From a virus: 39,041 nt of DNA. Shown in pieces: positions 1 to 8,865 of the stretch. Every line of letters starts with the position of its first letter. The stretch's first letter is position 1. The notes under the pieces were generated by a model, which was given only the letters and a program-made list of their open reading frames with translations, did no database searches and had not been told where the DNA came from. Location of the stretch: UHGV virus genome UHGV-0213311; one strand, written 5' to 3'. A program made the translations under genes and the position numbers.

Positions 1-3
1 ATT

Positions 4-723
4 ATGAAAAATACGACATTTGCAGAAAGGCTAAACTTAGCCATGAAGATGAGAGGAATGACTCAAGTTGAATTAGCTGAGTCAGTAGGGATGGCGCAAC
101 CTAGCGTCTGGAAACTCACGTCTGGAAAGGCTCAAAGTTCGAGAAAGGCCGTAGAAATAGCTAAATCACTAAACGTCGACCCTGTATGGCTAACGACTGG
201 AGGTGGTGCTATTCCTGATTTCTTACAGAAAGAAAAGGATGGTGTTAGCAAAGATGAGCTATCAATGCGAGAAATATCTGAATGGGGAAATTCAACTCCG
301 TTAGATGATGATGAGGTAGAAGTGCCCTATTTTAAGAGTATAGAATTAGCTGCAGGGGTTGGCTGTACAAATAACGAAGATCACAATAACTTTAAATTAA
401 GATTTTCTAAATCAACACTAAGAAGATATGGAATATCACCAAGCGGTGTGTGTGCATTCCCTGTTCATGGTGAGAGCATGGAGCCAATAATCCCCAACGG
501 AACAACAGTTTTTGTGAATTGCAACGATAAGAAAATTGTTGATGGAGGGGTATACTTTATAGAGCAAGATGATCTATTTAGAGTAAAGGTCTTATTAAGA
601 CAGCCTGGCGGCAAACTGATAATCAGGAGTTACAATTCAGTAGATTACCCTGACGAAATAGCAGATATTGAAAGCGTAAAAGTTGTAGGCCGAGTTTTCA
701 ATATGTCTGTAATGTTAATATAA
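4..723 (+). CDS. cI: CI-type prophage repressor (N-terminal XRE-family HTH plus C-terminal LexA/S24 peptidase-like autocleavage domain)
   Basis: N-terminal HTH 'MTQVELAESVGMAQPSVWKL'. C-terminal S24 signature 'PVHGESMEP' (Gly-x-Ser-Met) with a downstream Lys in 'FRVKVL'. 239 aa. Sits divergently to the Cro-like gene if the window ends are joined. Confidence 0.85.
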   Translation: MKNTTFAERLNLAMKMRGMTQVELAESVGMAQPSVWKLTSGKAQSSRKAVEIAKSLNVDPVWLTTGGGAIPDFLQKEKDGVSKDELSMREISEWGNSTPLDDDEVEVPYFKSIELAAGVGCTNNEDHNNFKLRFSKSTLRRYGISPSGVCAFPVHGESMEPIIPNGTTVFVNCNDKKIVDGGVYFIEQDDLFRVKVLLRQPGGKLIIRSYNSVDYPDEIADIESVKVVGRVFNMSVMLI

Positions 724-740
724 AAAGAGAATCACCACCC

Positions 741-767
741 AAGCCCTCTTCATGAGGGCTTTTTTAT
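741..767 (+). terminator. Rho-independent terminator downstream of cI
   Basis: Inverted repeat AAGCCCTC-ttcat-GAGGGCTT followed by TTTTTTAT, 18 nt after the cI stop. Confidence 0.7.
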
Positions 768-1082
768 ACCTAAAAATCACCGTTCGTCACATTTCAATAA
801 AAAATTAAAAAATAAATAGCCTTTTAAAACAAAAATATATAGCCAAATATAGCTTTTATATATCTCAGGCTATTTACATCAATAATAACTTTAGCTATAT
901 TAAACCACATCGAAGGGAAACCAGAGATAAAAGATAGTCGAACGGCGCGACTTTAAACCATGCGTCGGGCACTCGGCGGGCTCAGGGCAGTATGCGAAGT
1001 TGGAAGAGCGGCAATGAGATGCACTAATAGATGATTTATGAAACATCAATGTTTGCATAAGTCATTTAATCGGAGGTAGCAA

Positions 1083-1265
1083 ATGAAATACATCATCACC
1101 TGCCCTGTGTGCAAAGTTAAATTTGACGTGAGAATACCACTCATGCATATCAATCAACATCACGCAAAATCAACTGATTCTGAATTAATGAAGATCAGAG
1201 ATGCACGACGTGAGGCACTTAAAACAAAACAGCCGAGCAGTGAGTTCGGGGTGACGGCGAGGTAA
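1083..1265 (+). CDS. Small C2H2-like zinc-finger protein, first ORF of the leftward early operon
   Basis: Strong RBS GGAGGT 6 nt upstream of the ATG. C-x2-C-x11-H-x3-H arrangement (CPVC...HINQH). 60 aa. Confidence 0.5.
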   Translation: MKYIITCPVCKVKFDVRIPLMHINQHHAKSTDSELMKIRDARREALKTKQPSSEFGVTAR

Positions 1266-1280
1266 AGCCCACGGATGGGG

Positions 1281-1817
1281 TTAGTCATCAAGGCGTCCAG
1301 TGAATTGCCTAACGCATTCTGAGTAATAATCGGGATTAATTATAAACTCATTAGTATGCCTCATACTCAAATGCTTTGACGAATCATGGATAATGTCTTT
1401 ATCCAACAGTGAGTTAATAACAGGGTCATTTCTCTTTCCACCCAGAAACTCCTTGCCAGTGTCAATGAACATGGCTAGGTAATCCTTTTCATCCTCAGAA
1501 AGGCTTGAAATAACAAATGATATTTTTTGCTGATTATTACGCTTTATTGATTTTAACTTTACGGAATTAATTATACCAAAAGTTAATAAATATATTCTTT
1601 TTGTTATATCTGAAAGAAAGAAGCTAACAGGAATAATAAAAAGAACAGCATTGATATTATTTACCGAACCAAAAATTGGCTTTGCGTTAAGAAAATCAAA
1701 GAATGATTCAGGTAAAAATAACCACAGACTGACCAGATATAACAACCACACCATAGTAAACCTCAGTGAAATTTGGTTTTTCAAATAGGCAATCACTGCC
1801 TCAATCCAATTCGGCAT
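1281..1817 (-). CDS. Membrane protein with SieB-like architecture (N-terminal TM helices plus soluble C-domain); possible superinfection-exclusion or abortive-infection cargo gene
   Basis: 178 aa with two or three hydrophobic helices in the first 70 residues. Encoded opposite to the early operon, next to cI. Size and topology resemble superinfection exclusion protein B of lambdoid phages; the family assignment is an inference. Confidence 0.45.
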   Translation of the reverse strand: MPNWIEAVIAYLKNQISLRFTMVWLLYLVSLWLFLPESFFDFLNAKPIFGSVNNINAVLFIIPVSFFLSDITKRIYLLTFGIINSVKLKSIKRNNQQKISFVISSLSEDEKDYLAMFIDTGKEFLGGKRNDPVINSLLDKDIIHDSSKHLSMRHTNEFIINPDYYSECVRQFTGRLDD

Positions 1818-1991
1818 GGTTGATAATCTCTTATTCTGTAGGGGTAAGTTGATTATAGCCGGTTTCTCTCTGTAGGGGTATAGAGAGAACCACTGATGCC
1901 CTAAGTGGATAAATAAATGGGCACAGTTAACTAATTACAGTCCATTCTGTGGGCTGTGGTGAGTTGATTAAACAAACAAAAGGAATTTCAC

Positions 1992-2687
1992 ATGCCAAAT
2001 CATGTAACAAACATTGTTGAAGCTAACCCTGTAGTAATTAACGCGATGCTTAATGACGATGGAGTTGTAGATTTCAAAGTAATTAACCTAATGCCAGATG
2101 ATTTAAGTATCAATGGCGCAAGCGGGTTTTATGGTGACGCTGAAACCGCTGCGAAGCTTATGTGCAGAGAAAAGTTAAGTGAAAGCCATTTCTTTGCAAG
2201 GCTAGAAGCATCAAATAGACGTGAAGCTAACGCTCTAAACATGACAGATGAAAGCTTTGAACAGTTTGTCTGCATGATGAGAAATAAGCGTAAACACGGT
2301 TTTTACCACAGTATGGACTTTGCTAGAAATGTATGGGGAACAAAATGGGGAGCTTATAACTCATCTAAAGAATCAGACAATAAAGTCTCATTTGAAACCG
2401 CATGGTCTCATCCATTCCCTGTATTAAAATCACTCTCTCAGAAATTCCCAAATGAAGAAATCATAGTTAATTATGCCGATGAAGATACTGGCAGTAATTG
2501 TGGTTACTACACAATCAAAAATGGCGAAATCATCATTGAAAGCATCGCGCCATCATGGAATGAACAGACCGATGAAGAAAAGCGTAAATGGACAGAGTTC
2601 GCTTTTAAATTAAATCATCCAGACAGTAATCCTCGTGAATATGGATATAACGAAAACTGGGAATATGACGAAAGCCTAGAAAGTTAG
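1992..2687 (+). CDS. Hypothetical early protein (231 aa)
   Basis: RBS AAAGGA upstream. Long ORF in an otherwise gene-dense early operon. No recognisable motif. Confidence 0.6.
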   Translation: MPNHVTNIVEANPVVINAMLNDDGVVDFKVINLMPDDLSINGASGFYGDAETAAKLMCREKLSESHFFARLEASNRREANALNMTDESFEQFVCMMRNKRKHGFYHSMDFARNVWGTKWGAYNSSKESDNKVSFETAWSHPFPVLKSLSQKFPNEEIIVNYADEDTGSNCGYYTIKNGEIIIESIAPSWNEQTDEEKRKWTEFAFKLNHPDSNPREYGYNENWEYDESLES

Positions 2688-2720
2688 GTTGGTGAGTTGA
2701 TTAATAGATAGGAGATAGAG

Positions 2721-2996
2721 ATGGAAATATGGTTTAAGGAGTTTGAGTCACACGGGCGTCAGATTCTAATCAAGAAAGCTCATAACGCCGATGAGCAAAA
2801 AATCGGAGTGCAGTATTGCTGGCCTGAGAAACTTTTCGAGGTCGATTTTGGATTATGGATAGATTACGACGACGATAATGAGGAAGGCTGTAATAAAGCG
2901 GAAGAAGCACGCAACAAGCTATTCGACACCATCGATCAGGAAGCAGTAGATGCCACAGTGAGTAACTTAATTCAAAAACTCAAGCTTGATGATTAG
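2721..2996 (+). CDS. Hypothetical acidic early protein (91 aa)
   Basis: RBS TAGGAGATAG upstream. Tightly spaced after the preceding gene. Confidence 0.55.
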   Translation: MEIWFKEFESHGRQILIKKAHNADEQKIGVQYCWPEKLFEVDFGLWIDYDDDNEEGCNKAEEARNKLFDTIDQEAVDATVSNLIQKLKLDD

Positions 2997-3025
2997 CATC
3001 GTGTTTATTTAATAACGGAGGGAGT

Positions 3026-3298
3026 ATGACAATAGATGATTTCCACAATGGAAAGTTACCCATGCCGAAATTATTTAGAGCTGTTCGAGTAGAGTTTGAT
3101 TCACTGGTTCCAAATGGTCCTAACGATGAATATTGGGTTACAACAATCAGGTATGTAAGACGAGTTAGACATACTGATGGTTGGCGCTGGCAATTGGTCA
3201 GGACGCATCATAAGGGTTTGGATAGATGGGATCCATTCTTAGAGTTAGATAGGGAAGGACTTAATGACATTAATCATGTGTACGGACTAATTAAATAG
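3026..3298 (+). CDS. Hypothetical early protein (90 aa)
   Basis: RBS GGAGGGAG 5 nt upstream. Shares a 15-bp start-region repeat with the next gene. Confidence 0.55.
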   Translation: MTIDDFHNGKLPMPKLFRAVRVEFDSLVPNGPNDEYWVTTIRYVRRVRHTDGWRWQLVRTHHKGLDRWDPFLELDREGLNDINHVYGLIK

Positions 3299-3310
3299 TT
3301 AGGAGGGAGT

Positions 3311-3655
3311 ATGACAGATAAAACAATGGAATTTAAAGGAACGCCTGCGCCATGGGTTGTTGATATTAGAAATGGGTGTTGCGCTGTTTACCAGAAAAAT
3401 AGAACTAATGATACGGCTGGTTGCCATCGTGATGATGATAGAAATATCGTATATAGCTCAAAAGGTGCTAGATATGACGAAAAATTATGTCACTGGGTTA
3501 TGGATGAAGAAACTCAAGCCAATTTTACACTAATCGCAACAGCACCAGAGTTATTAGAACAGTTAATCAGACTTCGCAATAAAATTGCAAGCTATAAACC
3601 AGATGATGATGATTTAGACATCGTTGACGCAGTAATCTCAAAAGCCCTCGGTTAG
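3311..3655 (+). CDS. Hypothetical early protein (114 aa), Cys/His-containing
   Basis: RBS GGAGGGAG upstream. ORF length. Confidence 0.55.
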   Translation: MTDKTMEFKGTPAPWVVDIRNGCCAVYQKNRTNDTAGCHRDDDRNIVYSSKGARYDEKLCHWVMDEETQANFTLIATAPELLEQLIRLRNKIASYKPDDDDLDIVDAVISKALG

Positions 3656-3713
3656 CAGTAACCACCGCACCAACACCAGATAACCACCCTATCGCTCACC
3701 TAGCGAGGTAACA

Positions 3714-3890
3714 ATGAAAACTAACTATTACAGCGCTATGCGTGATTGCATGGCGGTGCGTATCACTACGCCTTTTCTACAACTAGCTCGTCAGGCGGCA
3801 AGGATAGCCGTCTCGACTAATAACAAGGATGTTTGGCGGTTGGCGAGTCAACTACAGAAGATGGCTTACGGGAGGAAAATATGTCACTGA
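3714..3890 (+). CDS. Possible small early protein (58 aa); not in the ORF track because it is under 60 aa
   Basis: ATG preceded by GAGGT. Overlaps the start of the next gene out of frame. Confidence 0.3.
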   Translation: MKTNYYSAMRDCMAVRITTPFLQLARQAARIAVSTNNKDVWRLASQLQKMAYGRKICH

Positions 3891-4156
3891 CTATACGTTA
3901 CACCTATGCAGATATGACCAGTAGAAACCGAAATAATGGCACGGAAATAGCCTTTCAGAATCTTAACGATGTCCGCATTGAAACAGAATCATTCAGGGAA
4001 CTTACTCAATATTACCAACCAGAGCCGTCAGAAGTCGTTGATTACATCATTAATCAGTATGACGCAAAGTCACTCGCCACGGCTATTCATCTCTCAGGAC
4101 GAGGGGAAGTAGTCGCAAAGATACTCAATGAGTTGTATTTCAGGAGGGTTGCGTGA
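3881..4156 (+). CDS. Hypothetical early protein (track ORF 3833..4156; likely true start at 3881)
   Basis: GGGAGGAAAAT immediately upstream of ATG 3881. The track start at 3833 lacks an RBS. Confidence 0.55.
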   Translation: MSLTIRYTYADMTSRNRNNGTEIAFQNLNDVRIETESFRELTQYYQPEPSEVVDYIINQYDAKSLATAIHLSGRGEVVAKILNELYFRRVA

Positions 4157-4404
4157 TTACCAACACCTACGGACTCAGAAACGACTGGTACGAACGCCAA
4201 ATGGAACGAGAAGCGTTTGTTAATTCTCAGGAAGAGAAAATATCAGTTGATGAGGTTATGGATAGCCTGCCAGAAGAACTGTTATGTATGGATTTAGCAA
4301 GGAAGTTAAATCCTGTATTTGAAATTAGTCCCCAAGCACTGGATGCGGTTTTAGATGGAATTAGAACAGCGATACAGATTGGGATAGATAAGGAGATATT
4401 GTGA
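4153..4404 (+). CDS. Hypothetical early protein (83 aa), translationally coupled on both sides
   Basis: GTG start overlapping the preceding stop (GTGA), with AGGAGGG upstream. Its stop overlaps the RecT start. Confidence 0.5.
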   Translation: MITNTYGLRNDWYERQMEREAFVNSQEEKISVDEVMDSLPEELLCMDLARKLNPVFEISPQALDAVLDGIRTAIQIGIDKEIL

Positions 4405-5285
4405 GCACGTCAATTATTGAGTTTGTGCAACAACAAGAGTCATTATTTTGCAACGCACTAACAGATCAAACGATCACATGGGCTAAGGAAAGCCAGTTTG
4501 CAATTCAGGCATTCCAACGAAATGACGAGCTAGCAAGAGTGGCTATGGAAAACCCCGCTAGTGCTCAGAATGCCATTATTAACGTGGCGGCTATTGGGAT
4601 TACATTAAATCCAGCAAGTAAGTTGGCGTATTTAGTGCCAAGAAAGGGTTTTGTTTGCCTTGATATCAGCTATATGGGTCTCATGCACCTAGCTCAGGCC
4701 ACTCAAGCTATCGAATGGGGTCAATGCAAGTTAGTCCATGAAAATGACGTTTATGAATCTAATGGTCTAGACACCCCGCCAACCCACAAATATAACGCAT
4801 TCAGTGATAGAGGTAGTGTTATTGGTGGTTATTGCACAGTAAAAACAGCAAGTGGCGACTATCTCACGGAAGAGATGCGATTGGATGAGATAAAGGCTGT
4901 TGAGGCTACGAGCAAGTCAAGAAATGGCCCATGGAAAACATGGTGGGATGAGATGGCTCGTAAAACAATTGTGAAAAGAGCGAGCAAATACTGGCCTCGT
5001 CGTGAAAGGTTAGATCAAGCCATTGATTATGTGAACACCGAGGCAGGCGAAGGCAATGATTTTGATGTGCCAGCAAATAAAGCAAAGGACATAACGCCAG
5101 CAAGCGAGGATCAACTAAAAGCTATCACGGACTTGATGCTTAAAGTTAATGGCGAATGGAGTGACGCATTCTTCACATTCATTAGTAAAAAATTCAACCA
5201 TCAAATATCCCATCCAGAGCAATTAACCGCATTTGAAGCCAATACCATTATCGACATGCTAAGGAAAAAGGCAGAAGGGAAATGA
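4401..5285 (+). CDS. recT: RecT/Bet-family single-strand annealing protein
   Basis: GTG start with AAGGAG RBS. 294 aa. RecT-like core, for example 'GIGITLNPASKLAYLVP' and 'KTWWDEMARKT'. Followed by a coupled exonuclease gene. Confidence 0.75.
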   Translation: MSTSIIEFVQQQESLFCNALTDQTITWAKESQFAIQAFQRNDELARVAMENPASAQNAIINVAAIGITLNPASKLAYLVPRKGFVCLDISYMGLMHLAQATQAIEWGQCKLVHENDVYESNGLDTPPTHKYNAFSDRGSVIGGYCTVKTASGDYLTEEMRLDEIKAVEATSKSRNGPWKTWWDEMARKTIVKRASKYWPRRERLDQAIDYVNTEAGEGNDFDVPANKAKDITPASEDQLKAITDLMLKVNGEWSDAFFTFISKKFNHQISHPEQLTAFEANTIIDMLRKKAEGK

Positions 5286-5980
5286 TTAGTAATGACATTA
5301 TTCTAAGCAAAACAGGCATCGATTTAACCAAAGTAGAGCAAGGAAGCGAAGAATGGATGTCTATCAGGCTCGGTGTAGTAACTGCCTCTGAGGCATGGAA
5401 GGTTATCTCTAAGCCAAAGTCAGGGAAAAAATGGCCAGACACAAAGAAAACATATTTAAACACCCTTATTGGTGAAGTCTGTACAGGAGTTTACAAGGAA
5501 GTATCAGCAAGGACGCTGGAATGGGGTAAAAACTACGAATTAGAAGCAAGGATGACATTCGAGTTTTACACCGGATTAACGGCAAAGGAAGTGCCAATAA
5601 TATTTAAAGATGAGCAACTACGGATAGCTTGCTCACCAGACGGCATTTGCAGTGATGGCTCTGGATTAGAGCTTAAATGCCCTAATAACACGGACGTATT
5701 TATAGACTTAGCATTGAATGGCATCAATGCAATGAAAAAGGAATATGTGGCTCAAGTTCAATATTCCATGTGGGTTACAGGTAAGGATATCTGGCACTTT
5801 GCAAATTTTGACCCACGCATGCCGGCAGGGAAAGAAATCGCATATTTCCCTGTTGAGCGTGACGAAAAAATGATGAAAGAATTTGACGAGTTAGTACCTG
5901 AGTTCATTGAGGTGATGGATCAGGGGTTAAACAAGTTAGGCATTCAATTTGGCAATCAATGGAGTGTATATGGCAATTAA
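5282..5980 (+). CDS. YqaJ / lambda-Exo-like recombination exonuclease
   Basis: ATGA overlap with the recT stop. N-terminal 'GSEEWMSIRLGVVTASE' typical of the YqaJ viral recombinase exonuclease domain. Confidence 0.75.
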   Translation: MISNDIILSKTGIDLTKVEQGSEEWMSIRLGVVTASEAWKVISKPKSGKKWPDTKKTYLNTLIGEVCTGVYKEVSARTLEWGKNYELEARMTFEFYTGLTAKEVPIIFKDEQLRIACSPDGICSDGSGLELKCPNNTDVFIDLALNGINAMKKEYVAQVQYSMWVTGKDIWHFANFDPRMPAGKEIAYFPVERDEKMMKEFDELVPEFIEVMDQGLNKLGIQFGNQWSVYGN

Positions 5981-6425
5981 CACAATAACGGCAAGTGGAA
6001 ACTTAGGTAAAGATTGCGAACAGCGATGGACGCCAAATGGTAAAGCGGTTGCATCTTTTAGTTTACCTGTGAAACAAGGTTACGGAGAACATGAAAAAGT
6101 ATCTTGGGTTATCTGCAAGATGTTTGGCCCTAAAGCTGAAAAGTTACCTCCGCACCTAACCAAAGGAATAAAGGTTACAGTTACTGGTGAGTTCGTCATG
6201 GAAGAATGGACTAGCCAGAACGGTGAGAAAAAATCAGCACCAGTAATTATCGTTGATCAATTAGATTTTGGCGGTAACGGTGGTAATCAGGCAGGAAGCC
6301 AGAAGACACAGCAGAATCAAGGATGGGGTCAACCACAGCAACCGCAAGCACAAAAACAAGCATCGAGTAATCAAACACCACAAAGTGAACCTCCTCAAGA
6401 TTGGGATGATCAAATACCCTTCTAA
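5970..6425 (+). CDS. ssb: Single-stranded DNA-binding protein (track ORF starts at TTG 5949; likely ATG 5970)
   Basis: 'NTITASGNLGKDCEQRWTPNGKAVASFSLPV' matches the SSB OB-fold N-terminus. Gly/Gln-rich linker. Acidic C-terminal tail 'DWDDQIPF', as in the canonical SSB DDDIPF tail. Confidence 0.8.
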   Translation: MAINTITASGNLGKDCEQRWTPNGKAVASFSLPVKQGYGEHEKVSWVICKMFGPKAEKLPPHLTKGIKVTVTGEFVMEEWTSQNGEKKSAPVIIVDQLDFGGNGGNQAGSQKTQQNQGWGQPQQPQAQKQASSNQTPQSEPPQDWDDQIPF

Positions 6426-6455
6426 TCCCTACCCGTTTAACCAAAGGATATAGCC

Positions 6456-6632
6456 ATGAACTTAGTAATACGCAATTTAAGCACAAATGAAAAGGTGACA
6501 CTAACTATAGCTATTTCAGAAGAAGATTTTAATAAATTATCCGAGAGAGAACAGGACGATTTAATAGAAAACGTAACGGCTGATTATTACGAAAATAAAG
6601 CAGCGGAAGAAATAGAGCGTAAATTTAAATAG
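6456..6632 (+). CDS. Possible small acidic protein (58 aa); not in the ORF track
   Basis: AAGGA 8 nt upstream of the ATG. Fills the gap between ssb and the next gene. Confidence 0.3.
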   Translation: MNLVIRNLSTNEKVTLTIAISEEDFNKLSEREQDDLIENVTADYYENKAAEEIERKFK

Positions 6633-6671
6633 CTCAGGGAATATTTGCAAGGATGCAAACAGGAGATAGAT

Positions 6672-6866
6672 ATGACTATTACATTAACAACGAAGCAAAT
6701 AATGGCTATGGCTGATTTTGTCGGCTTAAAAGTAGAACCTCACGGATTAGATATTAATGATGAGACTGAATACACCATCGAGCCACGTAAAGATAAAGAA
6801 ACCGGTCGTGTGCATGTATTTTACTGTACTGAATATCCAGAAGAAGGCGCCATTCAGCTGGACTAA
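6672..6866 (+). CDS. Hypothetical protein (track ORF 6645..6866; likely start 6672)
   Basis: AGGAG 6 nt upstream of ATG 6672. Confidence 0.45.
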   Translation: MTITLTTKQIMAMADFVGLKVEPHGLDINDETEYTIEPRKDKETGRVHVFYCTEYPEEGAIQLD

Positions 6867-6900
6867 TTAACTCGCAGGGATGCAATAAGAGGAATGAATA

Positions 6901-7185
6901 ATGGCAGTAGTTCAATTTTATACAACAAGAAGAAAAGACGAAGACCCATCACAAATTACTAATAACCTCAGATATGAAATACCAGATGATCATAATTTCA
7001 GTTCTGATGATGACGACTTTAAATTTTGTATTGAAGCATGTGCAGAATATTATCACGATGACTGTGACGGATGCGAGGATCGATGGCCGTTGTTATTCAT
7101 GTTATGGATTGACGACCAATATCTTGGCACGTTTGAAGTTGAGCGTGAGTTTGACCCAGTGTTTTCAGCAAATAAGGTGGAGTGA
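6901..7185 (+). CDS. Hypothetical highly acidic, Cys-rich protein (94 aa); first gene of the AT-rich island
   Basis: RBS AGAGGA. Asp/Glu-rich run 'SSDDDDFKF...DDCDGCED'. Confidence 0.5.
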   Translation: MAVVQFYTTRRKDEDPSQITNNLRYEIPDDHNFSSDDDDFKFCIEACAEYYHDDCDGCEDRWPLLFMLWIDDQYLGTFEVEREFDPVFSANKVE

Positions 7186-7643
7186 TGGATAAATCAAGAC
7201 AGCAATTTGAAGAATGGCGCAGTAAGAATAAATCATCAACGATAAATCTATTCGATGTATGGCAAGCATCACGCGACTCACTCGTATTAGACCTACCAGA
7301 AAGAGAAAAGAATAAAGGAAATTATGATTTTTTCACTGATGGATATAATAGTGGAATATCAGTATGTGAAATTTCATTATTAGATAACGGAGTGAAAATA
7401 AAAAATGAATATAACAGAGAGCAAATGAAATTAGGCGTTCTATATGCTCGCAATCATTTAATTAGCGCATACAGAGCTAACTTTATAGAGTGTGATGAGA
7501 AGCAGTTCGCTTATATCATGGCCCAATTATCTCACGTTGTAAAGGAATCTATCGATATTGAATTAATGATGGATAGTGTTTTGTCATGCAATGATGAAGC
7601 TGAAAATTGGATTAAAGAAATTCTAATTAAACATTCTAAATAA
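7185..7643 (+). CDS. Hypothetical protein (153 aa) immediately upstream of the D12 methyltransferase
   Basis: RBS AAGGTGGAG. ATG 7185 (the track gives GTG 7182). Very low GC. Confidence 0.5.
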   Translation: MDKSRQQFEEWRSKNKSSTINLFDVWQASRDSLVLDLPEREKNKGNYDFFTDGYNSGISVCEISLLDNGVKIKNEYNREQMKLGVLYARNHLISAYRANFIECDEKQFAYIMAQLSHVVKESIDIELMMDSVLSCNDEAENWIKEILIKHSK

Positions 7644-7775
7644 ATAACCATGCAAATAATCGGATATGTATTACTCATGCTAATACAGGGTTCTGCTGTG
7701 CCTGTGACGGAAGATATATACACGCAATCGGAATGCAATAAACGCGCTGAATAATAAACAATTAACGGAATTCAC

Positions 7776-8732
7776 ATGAGATATATAGGATCTAAGATAA
7801 ACCTAATTGATGAAATAAACGTTTTTATTAATGACAACATCAAAGATAGTAATGAAACATTTCTAGATTTATTTGGTGGAACTAATTGTATTGGTAGGTT
7901 TTTCAAAAGTAAATATACAATTTACTCAAATGATGCCCTTTATTTTAGCTACATTAATTCAAAGGCAATCATAGAGAATGATAACTCTATGAGTTTTAAT
8001 AAATTAATAAATATAGGAATAATGAACCCTATTGATTACTTGCAGTCAAATGCTGATATGTGTATAGAAGATAAAGCAGTTGGATACTATGAGAAAAATT
8101 ATACACCATCAGGTGGTGCAATGTTTTTTACAAAAGAGAATGGAAAGAGGATCGACTATATTAGAGATATGATAGAATATTGGTATAATGAAAATTTATT
8201 GAGCGTATATGAATATTATTATTTAGTTTCATGTTTGATTGAGTCGTTACCTTTCATTAGTAATACTACAGGTACATATAGCGCCTATCTAAAACATTGG
8301 GATAAAAGAGCGTTAAATAAACTAACACTAAAACCACTATCGATAGAAAAAAACAATAGAAGCAATAAGTCATTTAATTTTGATGCCAATAAGTTAGTTA
8401 GAAATATCTATGCTGATATCACTTATATAGACCCTCCATACAACAATAGGCAGTATGCGTCCAACTATCACGTTCTGGAAAATATAGCAAGGAACAATAA
8501 ACCTGAACTTAAAGGGAAATCTAAACTATTTGATTGGTCTAACTTAAAAAGCGATTATTCGGTTAAAAGAAAAGCATTTGAAATAATGACTGATTTAATA
8601 AGCAACGTCCAATCAAAACATATTGTATTGAGTTACAGTAATGACGGAATTATAACAGAAAAGGAATTAATTGATTTACTGAAGAAAAACTCAATTAATG
8701 GGGTAGTTAAATCAAAAAAAAATCCAATATAG
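7776..8732 (+). CDS. D12-class N6-adenine DNA methyltransferase (Dam/DpnM-like)
   Basis: N-terminal 'RYIGSK' (motif I) and 'DPPY' (motif IV), 'FGG' near the N-terminus. 318 aa. GC far below the rest of the window. Confidence 0.75.
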   Translation: MRYIGSKINLIDEINVFINDNIKDSNETFLDLFGGTNCIGRFFKSKYTIYSNDALYFSYINSKAIIENDNSMSFNKLINIGIMNPIDYLQSNADMCIEDKAVGYYEKNYTPSGGAMFFTKENGKRIDYIRDMIEYWYNENLLSVYEYYYLVSCLIESLPFISNTTGTYSAYLKHWDKRALNKLTLKPLSIEKNNRSNKSFNFDANKLVRNIYADITYIDPPYNNRQYASNYHVLENIARNNKPELKGKSKLFDWSNLKSDYSVKRKAFEIMTDLISNVQSKHIVLSYSNDGIITEKELIDLLKKNSINGVVKSKKNPI

Positions 8733-8865
8733 AAAGTACACATCAAAGGTAAAATCTAATGTCACTAATGTGTATGAAATATTATTTTACATAAGAAAAA
8801 AATAAACGTGCTGAATATTTAATGTCAGTGAGGAATGTTGAAATTGTTTGTGGAGAAATATACAG

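Noticed and set aside
4906-5463. Minus-strand ORFs 4906..5103 and 5248..5463 inside recT/exo
   Set aside because: Antisense to well-supported recombination genes. No RBS. Low-complexity hydrophobic translation typical of a shadow frame.
6247-7738. ORFs 6247..6501 (-), 6268..6453 (+), 6974..7192 (+), 7532..7738 (-)
   Set aside because: Overlap the ssb linker and AT-rich island genes in alternative frames. The AT-rich or repetitive DNA gives long open shadow frames. No start context.
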